A DNA stretch of 64,000 nt from the NCBI RefSeq assembly GCF_001194135.2, contig NC_068984.1, positions 59,551,977 through 59,615,976 of the forward strand, in the 5' to 3' direction. Both the position numbers and the translations under genes were made by a program. The notes under the pieces are model-generated. The model had not been told where the DNA came from, did no database searches, and was given only the letters and a program-made list of their open reading frames with translations. Positions 61,801 to 64,000 of the stretch are shown here, piece after piece (positions within the stretch are counted from its first letter, which is position 1; every line of letters starts with the position of its first letter). Source of the stretch: Octopus bimaculoides. Taxonomy: Eukaryota.

Positions 61801-64000
61801 ACAAGTTCATGCTCAGACACTGGATACCTATCTCCCCCTAGTATGCTCCTTGCTCCATATAAGTTTGTGTATTTGTAGGTTTTCTCTATTATTTCAAACA
61901 GTGTCAATGTGAAGACATACAGAAACAAGCACCTGCATGCACACACACACATACATATAAGGATTGCTTCCAATGAAATTTCAATAAAAAAAGCGTATTG
62001 GACTGATTTATCATGAGTTGGGAAGTTGTGTGCCAGGGAAAAATATTCAGTGATTCTATATTCAATACTATGCATATTGTGACAGGCTGAAAACTAACTG
62101 ATCACAAATGCATCACTGACCATTGAGCTATGTCCAGCTTAATCCCTATATAGGCATACTTAAAGTTGAAGATAGGAGGAAGATGGAGGAAAACACTGCA
62201 GACTAATTTTACTTCAACAACTTGACCACAGAAAACCTTGGAATATATTTTCATATGTAGATGTGCAGTTTACAGATTTGTGGAGAAGTGAAACATGGTG
62301 ATATTTCTTTAATTTAAATAACTCCAAGATGGAAAATTATAGTTTTTTTCCCAGTAAGTTAAATGTGATTAAGCCAAGGGCATGTAATATTTATCCTACT
62401 ATTTTAGCACACACACACAAAAGTCAAATCAAAGCACAAGTCATGAGGGCACTTAAGGTTCATGAAAGGATTAACATTTTTTTTATTCAATAGATGGAAA
62501 TGATAGTCAGACTGAAAAATCATGCAGATTAAATTGATGCCTGATGGCCTGAGATTTTATTTTATTTTATTTCCTTTTTTAGACGTATTTTCCATTATAA
62601 TCGTCATGACAATAGTAGAAAGCAACATTTTATAAGTACATTGTAATAGCAAAAATATAAAGATAATTTAGAACTATAACATTACTAAATAACATTATCA
62701 GTGATGAATTTTTCACATAGTGTACGTCTTCAGTTGTTATGTACAAATTTACAAATAAAAAGTCAACAAAAGTTCACATTTTTGAGTGGTTATCAGTACT
62801 AAAAAAATTAAAAACATTCATTATCGACCAAATCATTACAAAAGAAACCTCTAGTTAACACAGTTATTAGAATCTTTAAAAATATATTTAAGGAACAATA
62901 TAAAACAAAGAAACAAAAGGTATTATAAGAGATCAGGCAGTATAAAAAAGAATCAGTAACAAGTGCTATCGTGTACAGATAATTTTGCAGTGAGCTGAGT
63001 CTACAACTCAGTTTTGATTCATGGCTGTGTAGCCACTGCACATCACTTTGTGTGTGTGTGTATGTGTGTGTGTTTATATATATATAGCTAATACTCTTGA
63101 GGAAAGCATGAAAGTTATACAATCTCAATTCCTCATTCATATTAAATCTGACACTTTGTACCTAGTCAAAAGAAATCACTATTAATAGCATCAGAATGTC
63201 TTAGAGTCAAGTGTCACATCAGAAGAGGATATAATGATATTAACAATGTTTTATTTTCTTCTTTGCTTTCATTCTTATTCAGCTTTTATGTAGACTATTT
63301 ATTTTATCAATATATTTGGCAGCTACTGTAAAGTAAAAGGAGGTATGCTCCTGACAAACAGAATCTACTACAACATGGTTTTGATTTTTTTGCTATAACT
63401 ATTTCATTCCAATTCACATTTTGTCAATGACTTTAACAAAGCTGTGAACAAATAAGTCCTATTTTTGTCTTCACTGAAGTCAACAGGGATAATTGACTAC
63501 ACATTACTCATAACCTCTGATTATGAAAATTCAAGCAATTGACTATCACATTTGTATGAGATAGATAGATAAATAAATAAATATATAAATAAATAAATAT
63601 ATAAATAAATAAATAAATAATGGGTTGATTAATTATTACATATGTTGTAGCCAATATCTTGTAAATTTGACATAAGAAATATTTTGAAAGCAGCTTTGCT
63701 AAGTTGAAGCCAATATCTGAGAAGGCTGCATTCAGTAGCAGTGGCCATTGTTTTTGTTTACCCCCAGGTCAGCTCTGATCTACCAGACCTATGATCAAAA
63801 TATTCCAGTCATGGCTATCTCTTATTTTTTAAGATGACAGGATGTGACGAGAATGAAATTTGGCTGCAATTCGGATTGTTTAGACCTAGGTCAATTCTAG
63901 TTGATTTGACTTCTGATCAAAAGCATTTCAGCCCATGGCCATGCTGTCTGTGTCTCAGACAATATATATCTCGGACTACATTATCCAATGTGTCCTTCAC

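Overview
AT-rich, repeat-dense animal genomic scaffold with five N-gaps (3832-4134, 11256-11355, 21200-21330, 33010-33709, 44718-44768). The repeat repertoire looks like a coleoid cephalopod, probably Octopus; this is inference. One protein-coding gene dominates: a + strand FAF1/Caspar orthologue. I reconstructed 15 GT-AG coding exons from 5903 to the stop at 44152-44154 (1815 nt, all phases consistent, 604 aa); its first exon was not found. The domain order is UBA, Thr/Ser linker, one UBL, poly-Asp, UAS, coiled coil, UBX. Introns and the downstream region hold nested mobile elements: an antisense Ty3/Gypsy remnant with one LTR and an open integrase frame, two Penelope-like (GIY-YIG) remnants, three Helitron-type elements, RTE-like LINEs and many (GAT)n-tailed 3' ends, TTAA-flanked MITEs and tRNA-headed SINEs. 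The most interesting observations are two hammerhead-ribozyme-like motifs (one behind a tRNA/Pol III head), a UBX domain lacking canonical p97-binding arginines at codons that A-to-I editing could partly restore, apparent loss of the second UBL domain, a loopless 160-bp palindrome just past the stop codon, and a twin-priming-type LINE inversion. All calls are by eye; no database searches were run.
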